From positions 530 to 64,529 of the forward strand of contig DKCJ01000003.1 of the NCBI GenBank assembly GCA_002451465.1: a stretch of DNA of 64,000 bases, given 5' to 3'. Of the stretch, positions 50,527-61,266 are shown piece by piece. Each line of letters opens with the position of its first letter. The first letter of the stretch is position 1. The stretch comes from Bacillales bacterium UBA6877. GTDB taxonomy: Bacteria; Bacillota_I; Bacilli_A; RFN20; CAG-826. The notes under the pieces are model-generated. The model did no database searches, was not told the DNA's origin, and saw only the letters and a program-made list of their open reading frames with translations. The translations under genes and the position numbers were made by a program.

Positions 50527-52410
50527 TTACTTTTTATCAGTAAAATCTGCATCAACAACATCATCATTGTTATTTGATGAATTGCTATTATTTTCACTTT
50601 CACTAGATGAATTATTGGTATAACCACCTTGAGTGAAATCGCTTGAACCGGTGTTTGCAGATCCTGTATTACCAGAATTTGCTTGAGCTTGTTGCATATA
50701 TGATGCAGCTTTCTCTAAATCACCAATTTTGCTTCTTAAGGTATTTATATCGTTATTGTCTAAAGCAGTCTTTAACTCATCTCTTAATTTTTGAGTTTCT
50801 TCTTTTTGTTTTGGATCAATAGAATTACCTTTTTCTCTTAAAGCTTGGTCAATTGAATTAATATAGCTTTCAGCTTTATTCTTTAATTCAACTTCTTCTT
50901 TTCTCTTTGTATCAGCCTCTTTATTAGCTTCAGCTTCTCTCATCATTCTATCAATTTCTTCTTTGCTCAAGCCATTACTACCACTAATAGTAATTTCTTG
51001 TTGTTTTTGACTATCTAAATCTTTAGCGCTGACTTTAACGATACCATTGACATCAATATTGAATGTAACTTCAATTCTTGGGGTGCCACGTGGTGCTGGT
51101 TTAATTCCAGTTAATTGGAAATGGCCAAGTAATTTGTTATCATGAGCCATTTGTCTTTCACCTTGATAAACCATAATATCAACCGCAGGTTGATTATCCT
51201 CTGCTGTAGAGAAAATTTGTGATTTAGTAGTAGGAATTGTAGTATTCCTTGGAATTAATGGAGTCATAATACCACCCATTGTTTCAATACCAAGAGTTAA
51301 AGGAGTGACATCAAGAAGAATAACATCTTTTACATCACCACTTAATATACCACCTTGATAAGAAGCACCAATAGAAACAGCTTCATCAGGGTTAACACTT
51401 AAGTTAAGTTTTTTACCAGTAATTCTAGTAACTAATTCTTGAACGGCTGGCATACGGATAGAACCACCAATCATTAAGACTTCATCAACTTTATCCCAAG
51501 TTAATCTTGCATCAGCAATAGCTTTTTCAAGAGGAACTCTACATCTATCAAGTAAATGTCTAGTCATATCTTGGAAATTAGCTCTAGTTAAAGTGGTTTC
51601 AAAGCTGATAGGACCATTGCTACTCATACCAATAAATGGTAATGAAATAGTTGTTTCAAGACTACTTGAAAGTTCAATTTTAGCTTTTTCAGCAGCATCC
51701 TTATATCTTTGTAAGGCCATCTTATCGCAAATATCTTTTCCAAATTGTTGTTGAATTTGAGCACGAATCCAACCAGCAACAACATTATCCCAATCATCAC
51801 CACCAAGTCTATTATCACCAGCAGTAGCGACAACTTCGAATGTTCCATCACCAATATCAAGAACACTTACATCAAGAGTACCACCACCTAAATCAAATAC
51901 AACAATCTTTTCAGATTTATCTTTACCAAGACCATAAGCAAGAGCAGCAGCTGTTGGTTCATTAATGATACGAACTACATCAAGACCAGCGATAGCACCA
52001 GCATCTTTTGTTGCTTGTCTTTGTGCATCATTAAAGTATGCAGGGCAAGTAATAACAGCTTTCTTTACTGGATGACCAATATTCTTTTCAGCATAATCTT
52101 TCATATAAGCAAGAATCTTTGCACTAATTTCTTGTGGGGTAAAATCCTTGTTAATACAATTGATATGAACTTTTTCTGATGAACCCATCTTACGTTTAAT
52201 AGATGAAACAGTATCAGGATTAGTTAAAGCTTGACGTTTTGCAGCATTACCAACAATAACTTCACCATTAGCTTTAAAACCAACTACAGAAGGAGTTGTA
52301 TTTGTTCCCTCTGGATTTGGAATAACCTTAACTTTTCCATCTTCTTGTAAATAACTAACTACAGAGTTAGTAGTACCTAAATCAATACCTAAAATAACTT
52401 CTTTTGCCAT
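50527..52410 (-). CDS. dnaK: Chaperone DnaK (Hsp70).
   Basis: [16 protein letters not shown] and [11 protein letters not shown]-terminus. 627 aa. Confidence 0.95.
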   Translation of the reverse strand: MAKEVILGIDLGTTNSVVSYLQEDGKVKVIPNPEGTNTTPSVVGFKANGEVIVGNAAKRQALTNPDTVSSIKRKMGSSEKVHINCINKDFTPQEISAKILAYMKDYAEKNIGHPVKKAVITCPAYFNDAQRQATKDAGAIAGLDVVRIINEPTAAALAYGLGKDKSEKIVVFDLGGGTLDVSVLDIGDGTFEVVATAGDNRLGGDDWDNVVAGWIRAQIQQQFGKDICDKMALQRYKDAAEKAKIELSSSLETTISLPFIGMSSNGPISFETTLTRANFQDMTRHLLDRCRVPLEKAIADARLTWDKVDEVLMIGGSIRMPAVQELVTRITGKKLNLSVNPDEAVSIGASYQGGILSGDVKDVILLDVTPLTLGIETMGGIMTPLIPRNTTIPTTKSQIFSTAEDNQPAVDIMVYQGERQMAHDNKLLGHFQLTGIKPAPRGTPRIEVTFNIDVNGIVKVSAKDLDSQKQQEITISGSNGLSKEEIDRMMREAEANKEADTKRKEEVELKNKAESYINSIDQALREKGNSIDPKQKEETQKLRDELKTALDNNDINTLRSKIGDLEKAASYMQQAQANSGNTGSANTGSSDFTQGGYTNNSSSESENNSNSSNNNDDVVDADFTDKK

Positions 52411-52430
52411 AATATATATCCTCCAATACT

Positions 52431-53051
52431 TTATTTAACTTCAACATCTTTGTTTTCTTTATTTTGATCATCTTTTTTAACCTCGTCAGGCTTCTTACTA
52501 ACAACTACCATCGCAGGTCGAATAAGATGCTCATGTAATTTATAACCTTTTAAATTAACCTTTTTAACTATATTAGGTTCACCATTATCATCGATTGTAT
52601 CAACAGCATGCATAACTTTCTCATCGAAATGTTCGCCAACTTTTGGTTCAATCTCAATAATGCCCTCATCAGTTAAAATGTTAACTAACTGCTTATAAAC
52701 ATATTGAAAACCAACAAGATAATTTTTAACAATTTCATTTTGGGATTCTTGTTTCAGAGCCATGTCGAATGCATCTAAAACTTGAAGTAAATTCTGAACA
52801 AACCCTTCAATACGATATTTGTAAGCTTCTCTTTGATCTTTTTCCATTGATTTTCTTAAGTTAGCCATATCAGCATAAGCCTTATAGTACTCATTCTTCC
52901 AATGGTCAATATCATTTTTCAACTTAGTAATTTCTTCTTGTTGCTTATTAAGTTTATCTTTAAAGCTTTTCTTCATATCAATATTAGAAGAATCAATTGA
53001 TTCGGAATCTTGTTTTTCAACTTTTACATCTTTTTCTTCATTATTTTCCAT
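52431..53051 (-). CDS. grpE: Nucleotide exchange factor GrpE.
   Basis: The coiled-coil N-terminal half is followed by a beta-sheet C-terminus. The start is placed at the MENNEEK Met, which overlaps the hrcA stop by 11 nt. Confidence 0.85.
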   Translation of the reverse strand: MENNEEKDVKVEKQDSESIDSSNIDMKKSFKDKLNKQQEEITKLKNDIDHWKNEYYKAYADMANLRKSMEKDQREAYKYRIEGFVQNLLQVLDAFDMALKQESQNEIVKNYLVGFQYVYKQLVNILTDEGIIEIEPKVGEHFDEKVMHAVDTIDDNGEPNIVKKVNLKGYKLHEHLIRPAMVVVSKKPDEVKKDDQNKENKDVEVK

Positions 53052-54096
53052 TCTTCTTAACATCCTCCTCCACAATAACATCAGTAGTTGATAAGTGACT
53101 CATTAATTCTTTAACAACATAATCAAGAGCACTTAACACTTTGCCATAATCCATACGCTTTGGACCGACAATTGCAATTTTCCCAAGTTCTCTATTAGAA
53201 TTTGGTATCTTAACAACTTTCGAGATTATAGAAAGATTATCAACTGACCTTATCTTACTATCATCAACATTTAAACCATTCTTATCTTCGTTATTTTTAA
53301 GCATATTCGTTAAATTTTCTGGTTTTGAGAATAAATTAAATATTTTTTTCAATTCTTCTGGATCATCCTTAAATTCTGGTTGATTCATAAGATTACTCTC
53401 TCCATAAAATTCATTACGACCACTTGCAAACTCAAAGAAGGCTTTTGCGACCGAATTGAAGATATAGGTATAATCATTAATATAATCTTTTAGTAAAGGT
53501 CTTAATGATTCGAGTTTATCGCTCAATTCGCTTATCAAGGTACCAGTAACACGATCATTAATCAACTTAATAGATTTCACTAGATTATCAACGTCCACAC
53601 TTTTATCAAATATGAATGTCTTATTTTCAACATACCCACGGTCAGTAACAAATATAGCTGTAGCGCTAGTTTTACTAATTGGGATTAATTGGAAACTAAC
53701 AAGTCTTTCTTTGCTCGAATCAGTTCCTAGATAAACACTAACAAGGTTTGTCATATTTGATAAAACCTTGCATGATGCACCAAGAATATCTTCGACAGAT
53801 CGAGAATTTTCAAAAATAACTTTTAATTCATTTTTAAGCTTTGCATCAACAGAATTAGATTTTAAGTTTTGAACATAATATCTATAGCCAAGGGTTGAAG
53901 GAACTCTACCGCTACTGATATGTTGTTTTTCAATCAAACCATCTTTTTCTAAGGATGCCATTTCATTTCTAACTGTTGCACTACTATAACCTAGATTATA
54001 CTTATCGATTAAGTAATTACTTCCGACAGGTACCGCAGTTTTGATGAAATCCTCTACGATCAGTTTAAGAATATAATCTTTACGTGATAAACTCAT
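53041..54096 (-). CDS. hrcA: Heat-inducible transcription repressor HrcA.
   Basis: N-terminal winged helix (SATVRNEMASLEKDGLIEKQH). 351 aa. It lies immediately upstream of grpE-dnaK. Confidence 0.85.
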   Translation of the reverse strand: MSLSRKDYILKLIVEDFIKTAVPVGSNYLIDKYNLGYSSATVRNEMASLEKDGLIEKQHISSGRVPSTLGYRYYVQNLKSNSVDAKLKNELKVIFENSRSVEDILGASCKVLSNMTNLVSVYLGTDSSKERLVSFQLIPISKTSATAIFVTDRGYVENKTFIFDKSVDVDNLVKSIKLINDRVTGTLISELSDKLESLRPLLKDYINDYTYIFNSVAKAFFEFASGRNEFYGESNLMNQPEFKDDPEELKKIFNLFSKPENLTNMLKNNEDKNGLNVDDSKIRSVDNLSIISKVVKIPNSNRELGKIAIVGPKRMDYGKVLSALDYVVKELMSHLSTTDVIVEEDVKKNGK

Positions 54097-54108
54097 CTTA
54101 ACACCTTT

Positions 54109-54181
54109 CTAGCACTCTTATTATCCAAGCGCTAACATTATTATATTAGATAAATTAGCAGTGTCAATACCTAATTGCTAA
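54109..54181 (-). promoter_or_regulatory. hrcA promoter with two CIRCE-like inverted repeats. It has a consensus -35 and a 16-nt spacer to the -10. One CIRCE-like repeat overlaps the -35 and one lies just downstream of the -10.
   Basis: The -35 on the minus strand is ttgaca (plus 54162-54167). The spacer ctgctaatttatctaa leads to the -10 tataat (plus 54140-54145). CIRCE-like 1 at 54155-54181 is TTAGCAGTG-N9-AATTGCTAA. CIRCE-like 2 at 54109-54135 is CTAGCACTC-N9-AAGCGCTAA. The CIRCE consensus is TTAGCACTC-N9-GAGTGCTAA. Confidence 0.6.
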
Positions 54182-54185
54182 TTTT

Positions 54186-55298
54186 TTAATTATTTTTACT
54201 TGTTAGTTCGGAAAGTATTAAATCTAAAATTAAAATGCCTTTATCTGTACAACAAAAAAAGCCTTTTTTAATTTCAACCAATTTATTTTTAAACAACTTT
54301 TCTAAAACTATTTTGTATTTATTCTCAAAATCACTTTTAAATATTTTTTTGTATTCTTTAAGAGAAAAACCTCTTGATAATCGTAAATTAGTAATAAAAT
54401 AGTATTCTTCTAGCATATCATTAGTAATTACTTCTTTTTCTATTTCATTTATACCATTTATATATTTTGAAATATTTTTGGTATTTTCATATCTTACACG
54501 ACCAAAATACCCAGAACTTCCAGCACCTATTCCTATATACTCATGATTACGCCAATAAGTTAAATTATGTTTTGACTCAAAACCTTTCTTAGCATAATTA
54601 CTAACCTCATATCTTTCAAAACCATTTTTTCTCATCCTATTTAATATATATTTATAATATGTACATGACAAATCATTATCGATTTCTTTTACTTTTTCAT
54701 TAAAATACATTGTTCCAGGGCTAACAATTAAGCTATAAAATGAAGTATGATTACAATCTAGTTTAAAAAAAGTAGAAAGATCATTTTTTAAAATTTTAAA
54801 AGAATAGTTTGGCAATCCATAAATAAAATCAAGATTTATGTTATTTATATATTTTTTTGTGAGAGAAATTAATTTAAAAAAATCAATGTTATAGTCTCTA
54901 CCGATGCTTTTTAAAATGTTCTTGTCGAAAGTTTGCACTCCTATTGATATACGGTTGACTCCGTATTTTTTTATCAACTTTAAAAAATCTTCGTTTATAT
55001 CTTCGGGATTTGCTTCTATCGTAAATTCATAATCTGTAACTTTTCTTATTTTTTTTACAAAAACTAGTATTTTTTCAATATTTTTCAACTTTAAGCAAGA
55101 TGGCGTTCCACCACCTATATAAACGGTTTTAAAACGAAAAAATTTATCCTCTAACGAAGATAAATCTTTTATAACTTGCTCAACATATTGATCTTCAAAA
55201 AATTCATTTTTATAAATTTTTAAAAAATCACAATATGGACAAATATTACGACAAAAAGGAATATGAATATATAAGCTATTTACTTTCCTTCTCATCAT
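54186..55298 (-). CDS. hemW: Radical-SAM heme chaperone HemW (HemN-like, YqeR).
   Basis: HIPFCRNICPYCDF CxxxCxxC motif. lepA-hemW-hrcA synteny. Confidence 0.75.
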   Translation of the reverse strand: MMRRKVNSLYIHIPFCRNICPYCDFLKIYKNEFFEDQYVEQVIKDLSSLEDKFFRFKTVYIGGGTPSCLKLKNIEKILVFVKKIRKVTDYEFTIEANPEDINEDFLKLIKKYGVNRISIGVQTFDKNILKSIGRDYNIDFFKLISLTKKYINNINLDFIYGLPNYSFKILKNDLSTFFKLDCNHTSFYSLIVSPGTMYFNEKVKEIDNDLSCTYYKYILNRMRKNGFERYEVSNYAKKGFESKHNLTYWRNHEYIGIGAGSSGYFGRVRYENTKNISKYINGINEIEKEVITNDMLEEYYFITNLRLSRGFSLKEYKKIFKSDFENKYKIVLEKLFKNKLVEIKKGFFCCTDKGILILDLILSELTSKNN

Positions 55299-55548
55299 TT
55301 TCTAATTCTTTTTTGTGCTCTGATGCATATTTATCAAATTGTTTTTTAGTTTCTTCATCATCAACATCTTGTAAATAATAAGATAAATTTTCATCAGCAA
55401 TTTTCTCATCAGATGGTTTTTCAACTTTACCAATTTTTAAGAATTTTCTTAAAAGAAAAACAATAAGTGCAATAACTGCGAAAAGAACCAACAATCCAAC
55501 AAGTATTAAAGCTACATTAATACTTTGAGCAAAAAATATAAGTTTCAT
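55276..55548 (-). CDS. Small membrane-anchored protein (90 aa) with an acidic or lysine-rich C-terminus.
   Basis: A single N-terminal TM (INVALILVGLLVLFAVIALIVFLL), then a charged tail. It overlaps the hemW start by 23 nt. Confidence 0.4.
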   Translation of the reverse strand: MKLIFFAQSINVALILVGLLVLFAVIALIVFLLRKFLKIGKVEKPSDEKIADENLSYYLQDVDDEETKKQFDKYASEHKKELENDEKESK

Positions 55549-55552
55549 TTTA

Positions 55553-56983
55553 TTAACCTTTCTTTATTGGAGTATAAATATATTTATTTTTTAATAACTC
55601 TTTTCGATAATAGCCTAAATAAACTAAATGATCCATGCTTGAACGAGCTGTCTCATATGCACAACCAAGCTCTTTTTTGTATTGAGAGATAGTATAATTC
55701 ATACCTAATGTACAATGTCTAGCATAAAAATACGCTTGGCCACGACTTAAATTTGGATTCAACTCTAATAAATGATTTTCTAATCTATTTGCTTCATCCT
55801 CACTCAACCCAGTAGGCAAATTAGAAATAGCGATTGATCTATTGTATCCTATAGAAGAACTACTACTATCATTATCATAAGTTTTTTTAATAGTATAAGC
55901 AGGAACATCAACATTATTAGAGGAAACATTTTTAAATGAATCTTCATCACTTATATTCGTACTTGGAGTTTTATTCAAAATATTTTCTTCTTCGCTTTGA
56001 TTTATTTCTTTATGAATTGCAAGTTTCTGCGAATTAAATAAACTTTCATCAGTATAACTTAGAATACTTTCAAATTTAGTTAAAATATAATCAACTAAAT
56101 ATGTTAAATCAAGAGTTCTTTGGGATTCAATAAGTACATTCTCTAACTCTTCCTTATTAGCTACTACGTCCTCTAAATCAATCATAGCACTTATACTTCC
56201 AATATCATTCATAGCTATAACCTTTTTCATTACTAAAGTAGCAATTTCCTCAGTAAATTCATCAAAAGGTTTCACGTAATAAATAAAGTAAAACGCACTG
56301 ATTGCTTTAATAAACATAGAAATTTGAGAACTATTTAAAAAAGAATAAAGTTGTTCCATATTAGATTCAATAGTATTAACAGGAACGCCCAAATAAACTT
56401 TACCCACTATCACTTTACTTCTGTTATTTTGGATTTCTTTAGTTCTAAAAATTAAAGGAAGTTCAGTCGAACCTATCAAATATGAATAAAATCTTCCTAA
56501 AATTTCATTGTTCACTTTATCCATTGGATTTTTTTCAATATCCAATAAACATTGGTGATATCTATATAAAATCATTAATTCAGGAGATAAAGTTGAGATA
56601 TTTCCATTTACAATATTATCAATAACGAAATCTTCAAGTTTAAGGCCATATCTTAAACCAACACATTTTAAAATTTTAACATAAGAACTATTATTAAAAT
56701 ATTGCTTCTCAGCTAAACCAACCATTCTGTCATACGTAGATGACAATCTGGTTAATTTTCTTGTTACTGAACTTAGCCTCTCAACCATATTAGGAGTCAA
56801 ACAAACAAAATAGGAGGAATTATTGATATGTTTTAATGGTAAAACAACAGAGAAAGCACTACGATACTCAAGAACAGATTTCCAAATACTATCAATTAAA
56901 GGAGTCTTAAGAGTATCAATGACATCTTTTTTAGTACAATATTTATCATTACTAAACTTAATAGCCAGCTCATTATTATTCAT
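55553..56983 (-). CDS. Hypothetical 476-aa protein with a C-terminal winged-helix-like domain and a possible degenerate Fic-like core.
   Basis: The C-terminal segment SRGQAYFYARHCTLGMNYTISQYKKELGCAYETARSSMDHLVYLGYY looks like a wHTH. The central segment ISAFYFIYYVKPFDEFTEEIATLVMKKVIAM resembles the Fic motif context, but HPFx(D/E)GNGR is replaced by KPFDEFTEE. Confidence 0.5.
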   Translation of the reverse strand: MNNNELAIKFSNDKYCTKKDVIDTLKTPLIDSIWKSVLEYRSAFSVVLPLKHINNSSYFVCLTPNMVERLSSVTRKLTRLSSTYDRMVGLAEKQYFNNSSYVKILKCVGLRYGLKLEDFVIDNIVNGNISTLSPELMILYRYHQCLLDIEKNPMDKVNNEILGRFYSYLIGSTELPLIFRTKEIQNNRSKVIVGKVYLGVPVNTIESNMEQLYSFLNSSQISMFIKAISAFYFIYYVKPFDEFTEEIATLVMKKVIAMNDIGSISAMIDLEDVVANKEELENVLIESQRTLDLTYLVDYILTKFESILSYTDESLFNSQKLAIHKEINQSEEENILNKTPSTNISDEDSFKNVSSNNVDVPAYTIKKTYDNDSSSSSIGYNRSIAISNLPTGLSEDEANRLENHLLELNPNLSRGQAYFYARHCTLGMNYTISQYKKELGCAYETARSSMDHLVYLGYYRKELLKNKYIYTPIKKG

Positions 56984-57006
56984 AACATATCCTCCACATT
57001 TCTTTA

Positions 57007-57035
57007 ATTATAAAAGTAATAATGATTTATTACAA
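57007..57035 (-). promoter_or_regulatory. Sigma-A-type promoter (TTGTAA, 17 nt, TATAAT) upstream of the hypothetical 476-aa gene.
   Basis: Minus-strand sequence ttgtaataaatcattattacttttataat lies 24 nt upstream of the ATG at 56983. A ggagga RBS is present. Confidence 0.45.
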
Positions 57036-57076
57036 TTTATTTAACTATTTTTTTACTAAAAAACCACTAGTAAAAA

Positions 57077-58888
57077 CTAATTATCATCATCGATAGATAA
57101 GATTGACATAAAAGCTTCTTGAGGGACTTCTACGCTACCAATAGCTTTCATACGTTTTTTACCTTCTTTTTGCTTTTCTAAGAGCTTTCTTTTTCTTGTT
57201 ATATCACCACCATAGCATTTTGCTAAAACATCTTTTCTAACAGCTTTAACATTTGCTCTTGCAATAACTTTTCCACCAATTGCTGCTTGAATAGGAACTT
57301 CAAATTGTTGCCTTGGTATCACATCTTTTAATTTACTAACAAGTCTTAATGCACGATTATATGCACTAGGTCTAAAAACTATTGATGATAATGCATCAAC
57401 TGGTTCGCCATTAAGTAATATATCCATTTTAGTAAGATTAGTAGCTCGATAATCTAAAAGTTCATAATCTAAAGAGGCATATCCCTTTGAAACACTTTTA
57501 AGTTTATCAAAAAAGTTAAAAATTATTTCGCATAGAGGCATATCATATTCGAGAATATTTCTAGTTTCATCAAAATATTTGAGATCTTTATAAATTCCTC
57601 TTCGATTTTGACAAAGCTGCATTAAAGGACCAACGAATTCTTTTGGTGTCATAATTTGAGCTGCAACAAAAGGTTCTTCAATAGAAACAATTTTGCTTTG
57701 TTCTGGCAAATCACTTGGATTTGTTAAAGAAATCTGCTCACCAGATGTTAAATTAACCTTATAAATAACTGATGGAGCCGTTAATATCAAATCAAGATTA
57801 TATTCTCTTTCTAAACGTTCTTGTATAACATCCATATGTAATAAACCTAAAAAACCACATCTAAAACCAAAGCCCAAAGCTTGAGATGTCTCTGGTTCAT
57901 AAACAAGAGCAGCATCATTTAAACATAATTTTTCTAAAGCAACTTTTAAATCTTCATATTTTTGGGAATCAGTCGGATAAATTCCACAATAAACCATTGG
58001 TGTTATTTTACGATAACCAGGCAACTTTTCCTTAGCTGGATTGTCAGTTAAAGTAATTGTATCACCGACCATAACATCCTTTATGTCTTTAATTTGCGCA
58101 CAAAGATAACCAACTTCGCCACAATATAAAACATCGCTTTTAATTTCTTTTGGGGTTCTTATTCCTAGTTCTGTTACTTCATAATCTTGATTATTTGTCA
58201 TTAAATGGATTTTATCACCAACGTGAACACATCCATCTTTGATACGAATCAGAACTACAACACCTCTATAAGTATCATAATAACTATCGAATATAAGAGC
58301 TTTTAATGGATTTTCATTTTTTCCAGATGGAGGAGGAACTTCTTTTACTATTTTTTCCAACACTTCTTTTACACCAAAACCCGTTTTAGCACTTACCAAA
58401 CAGCTTTCATTTCCATCCAATCCGAGTTTATTAGTAATTTCTTCTCTACATAAATCGATTGATGCACTTGCAAGATCGATTTTATTAATAACTGGAATTA
58501 TCCATAAATCATTATCAACAGCTAAATACATATTTGCTAAAGTTTGAGCTTGAACTCCTTGAGTGGCATCAATTAAAAGTAATGCACCTTCACAAGCTGC
58601 TAAACTCCTACTCACTTCATAAGTAAAATCGACATGCCCTGGAGTATCTATTAAATTAAAAACATAAGTATTACCATCATCCGATTTATATTCTACTGTG
58701 ACGGCATTTAATTTAATAGTAATTCCTCTTTCTCTTTCTAAATCCATTGAGTCGAGGATTTGATTAACCATTTCTCTTTTAGTAATTGTATTTGTTAATT
58801 CAAGTATTCTATCGCAAAAAGTTGACTTACCATGGTCAATATGAGCAATAACTGAAAAATTTCTAATTTTATTTTGTTCGTATTTCAT
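57077..58888 (-). CDS. lepA: Elongation factor 4 (LepA).
   Basis: [22 protein letters not shown] and a LepA-specific C-terminal domain. 603 aa. Confidence 0.95.
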   Translation of the reverse strand: MKYEQNKIRNFSVIAHIDHGKSTFCDRILELTNTITKREMVNQILDSMDLERERGITIKLNAVTVEYKSDDGNTYVFNLIDTPGHVDFTYEVSRSLAACEGALLLIDATQGVQAQTLANMYLAVDNDLWIIPVINKIDLASASIDLCREEITNKLGLDGNESCLVSAKTGFGVKEVLEKIVKEVPPPSGKNENPLKALIFDSYYDTYRGVVVLIRIKDGCVHVGDKIHLMTNNQDYEVTELGIRTPKEIKSDVLYCGEVGYLCAQIKDIKDVMVGDTITLTDNPAKEKLPGYRKITPMVYCGIYPTDSQKYEDLKVALEKLCLNDAALVYEPETSQALGFGFRCGFLGLLHMDVIQERLEREYNLDLILTAPSVIYKVNLTSGEQISLTNPSDLPEQSKIVSIEEPFVAAQIMTPKEFVGPLMQLCQNRRGIYKDLKYFDETRNILEYDMPLCEIIFNFFDKLKSVSKGYASLDYELLDYRATNLTKMDILLNGEPVDALSSIVFRPSAYNRALRLVSKLKDVIPRQQFEVPIQAAIGGKVIARANVKAVRKDVLAKCYGGDITRKRKLLEKQKEGKKRMKAIGSVEVPQEAFMSILSIDDDN

Positions 58889-58911
58889 CGCAAAAAATTA
58901 TATCATATCAA

Positions 58912-61266
58912 CTATTTTTTATAAAAAGAAATTAATTCTTTTTTTAATGAATCTGAAGAATTAATAAACTTATTATTATTCCAAACATTTTTAAACAAGA
59001 AATTATAAGTTTTGTAACCATATCTATCATCAATTAAAAGCGCAACACCCCTATCATTATCACTTCTAATTATTCGACCAACGGCTTGCATTATCTTGTT
59101 AATGCCAGGATTTATATATGCATAAGTAAAACCATCAATTCCAATTTTATCATAATAATCCTTAATTAAATTGTTTTCAAAACTTACAGAAGGTAAACCA
59201 ACACCAATAATAACTACACCTATTAATCTATCCTCTACAAGGTCAACTCCTTCACTGAAGGATCCACCTAAAACACAAATTCCAACAGTAGTTCGCTTTG
59301 GATTATGTTCAAAATTGTTCAGAAAATTCGTCTTTTCGTCATTACTCATATTTGAATTTTGATATATGACATTTATATTTCCATCAATATTTAAATTATA
59401 TTGAAGCAAACGTAAATACTCAAAAGAAGGAACATAAACAATATAGTTTCCAACCTTACTATGAACGAAATCTTTTATATTATCGACAACATCATTTATA
59501 GTTTGTTTTCTTGAATTATATTTTACTGAAATATCATTATTAACAGTTACTAGAAGATTATTTTTATTGAATGGAGATGAAAAAGACTTCGATTCATATA
59601 AATCATCACCTAAAATGGATTTTTTATAATAATCAATTGGAGTCAGTGTTCCACTAAAAAATATCGTACCATCGCAACTATCGACTCTGTTTTTAATAAA
59701 ACATGAAGCGTCAATACATTTTATTACTAAATTAAAATTTTTATCGTTTTCTCGATTATAATAAATAACAAAATTATCACCAATATAATCAAAAATAGTC
59801 AAAAACTTAAATACATCAAGTGAAAAATCTTTACTAAACTTGATTTTAAATTTTGGATGCTTTTTTTGGTAATCTGCTATTGTTTTCTTATAATTCATCA
59901 AATGAATAATAAATTTTTCATCAATAGTCTGTAAAATTATATTATCATAGGTTGTTTCAAATTTCTTAAATAATCCGAAATCTTCAATTAAATCATTTAT
60001 TACATTTCGAACTGATTTATTTTTGATCTTTGAAAAATCTTTCAATGATTTTTCAAAAGAATAATAACTTAATGATGCACTATACATTTCTCTACTTCGA
60101 TGAATTAGATTATGCGCCTCATCTACCATTAAAAATTTAGAATACTTATAATCAACAGCATCAAAAAACCTTTTTAAATAGCTTATTGGATGAAAAATAT
60201 AGTTATAATCAGCAATTATTAAATCGCAATATGAAGAAATATCTAATGATAATTCGAAAGGACACATCTTATTTTCTTTAGCAAAACTATAAATATATTC
60301 GGATGTAAAATTATTATGTTTATTCAATAACATTACGATAACATCGAATAATTTCGAATAATATTCTTTTGCAAATGGACAAACATCAGGGTTGCAATCA
60401 GGCTCACAATCATGATTTTTTAACAAGCACATTTTTTCTTTAGCTAAAATTTCAACGCTTTTTAAAATTAACCCCTTATTATTTAAGTCTTCTAAAGCAG
60501 TATTAACACTTTTAAAACCACTATTCTTAGCACAAAGAAAAAATAACTTATCAACATTTTTCTCTATAGATCCTTTCAAAGCTCCATATAACACACTAAT
60601 GGTTTTACCAAGACCAGTACTTGCTTCAATAAATTTAGAATCTTTATAAATAATGGACTCTTTACTTAATTTAATAATGCTCTCTTGACCAGTTCTTAAT
60701 GGAAAAGGAAAATCAAGGGTTTTAATCGAATTAATTTTGTCTTTATTGTGTTTTAAAATAATGCTATAAAAACTAATATACCTTTCAATATAAGACAAAA
60801 CCCTTGCCTCAAGATCTTTAAAATCATATGAATAAATTTTATTTAAATGCTTTTTATTGTTTTGCGACAAATATGTTAGTCTTACATCTATTTCTTTTAA
60901 ATCATGCTTTTTAGCATACATATAAGCATAACATTCAGCTTGTCCTAAATGCCATTCTTCATTATCATCAGAAAAATCAACTAAATTTGAATTTGTTGAT
61001 TTAATTTCATCAATCATTATAGGGTTAGTTAATATAATCCCATCAGCTCTACCACGCAATTCAACAATAAAATCATTTAAATTAATACTAGCCTTTAAAT
61101 CAACTTCTTGAAGATACAATTCATTTTGCTTATTTTGAAAATTTTTATGAACTTTTGTTCCTTCTTGCATAGTTTCGGAATTAAAAATTCTATTATCAAT
61201 ATCGCCTTTTCTTAATAAAAAATCAACAAGCTGATGAACGCTTATATTTAAAACAATTCCTGACAT
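58912..61266 (-). CDS. Fusion of an N-terminal RecB/Cas4-type PD-(D/E)xK nuclease domain with an XPD/DinG-family Fe-S superfamily-2 helicase.
   Basis: Nuclease motifs GRADGI, IDEIKS and QAECYAYMY (QxxxY). Helicase Walker A EASTGLGKT. Cys cluster CLLKNHDCEPDCNPDVCPF plus MCPFE. DEAH box VDEAHNL. Motif V GGSFSEGVDL. Motif VI QAVGRIIRS. 784 aa. Confidence 0.7.
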   Translation of the reverse strand: MSGIVLNISVHQLVDFLLRKGDIDNRIFNSETMQEGTKVHKNFQNKQNELYLQEVDLKASINLNDFIVELRGRADGIILTNPIMIDEIKSTNSNLVDFSDDNEEWHLGQAECYAYMYAKKHDLKEIDVRLTYLSQNNKKHLNKIYSYDFKDLEARVLSYIERYISFYSIILKHNKDKINSIKTLDFPFPLRTGQESIIKLSKESIIYKDSKFIEASTGLGKTISVLYGALKGSIEKNVDKLFFLCAKNSGFKSVNTALEDLNNKGLILKSVEILAKEKMCLLKNHDCEPDCNPDVCPFAKEYYSKLFDVIVMLLNKHNNFTSEYIYSFAKENKMCPFELSLDISSYCDLIIADYNYIFHPISYLKRFFDAVDYKYSKFLMVDEAHNLIHRSREMYSASLSYYSFEKSLKDFSKIKNKSVRNVINDLIEDFGLFKKFETTYDNIILQTIDEKFIIHLMNYKKTIADYQKKHPKFKIKFSKDFSLDVFKFLTIFDYIGDNFVIYYNRENDKNFNLVIKCIDASCFIKNRVDSCDGTIFFSGTLTPIDYYKKSILGDDLYESKSFSSPFNKNNLLVTVNNDISVKYNSRKQTINDVVDNIKDFVHSKVGNYIVYVPSFEYLRLLQYNLNIDGNINVIYQNSNMSNDEKTNFLNNFEHNPKRTTVGICVLGGSFSEGVDLVEDRLIGVVIIGVGLPSVSFENNLIKDYYDKIGIDGFTYAYINPGINKIMQAVGRIIRSDNDRGVALLIDDRYGYKTYNFLFKNVWNNNKFINSSDSLKKELISFYKK

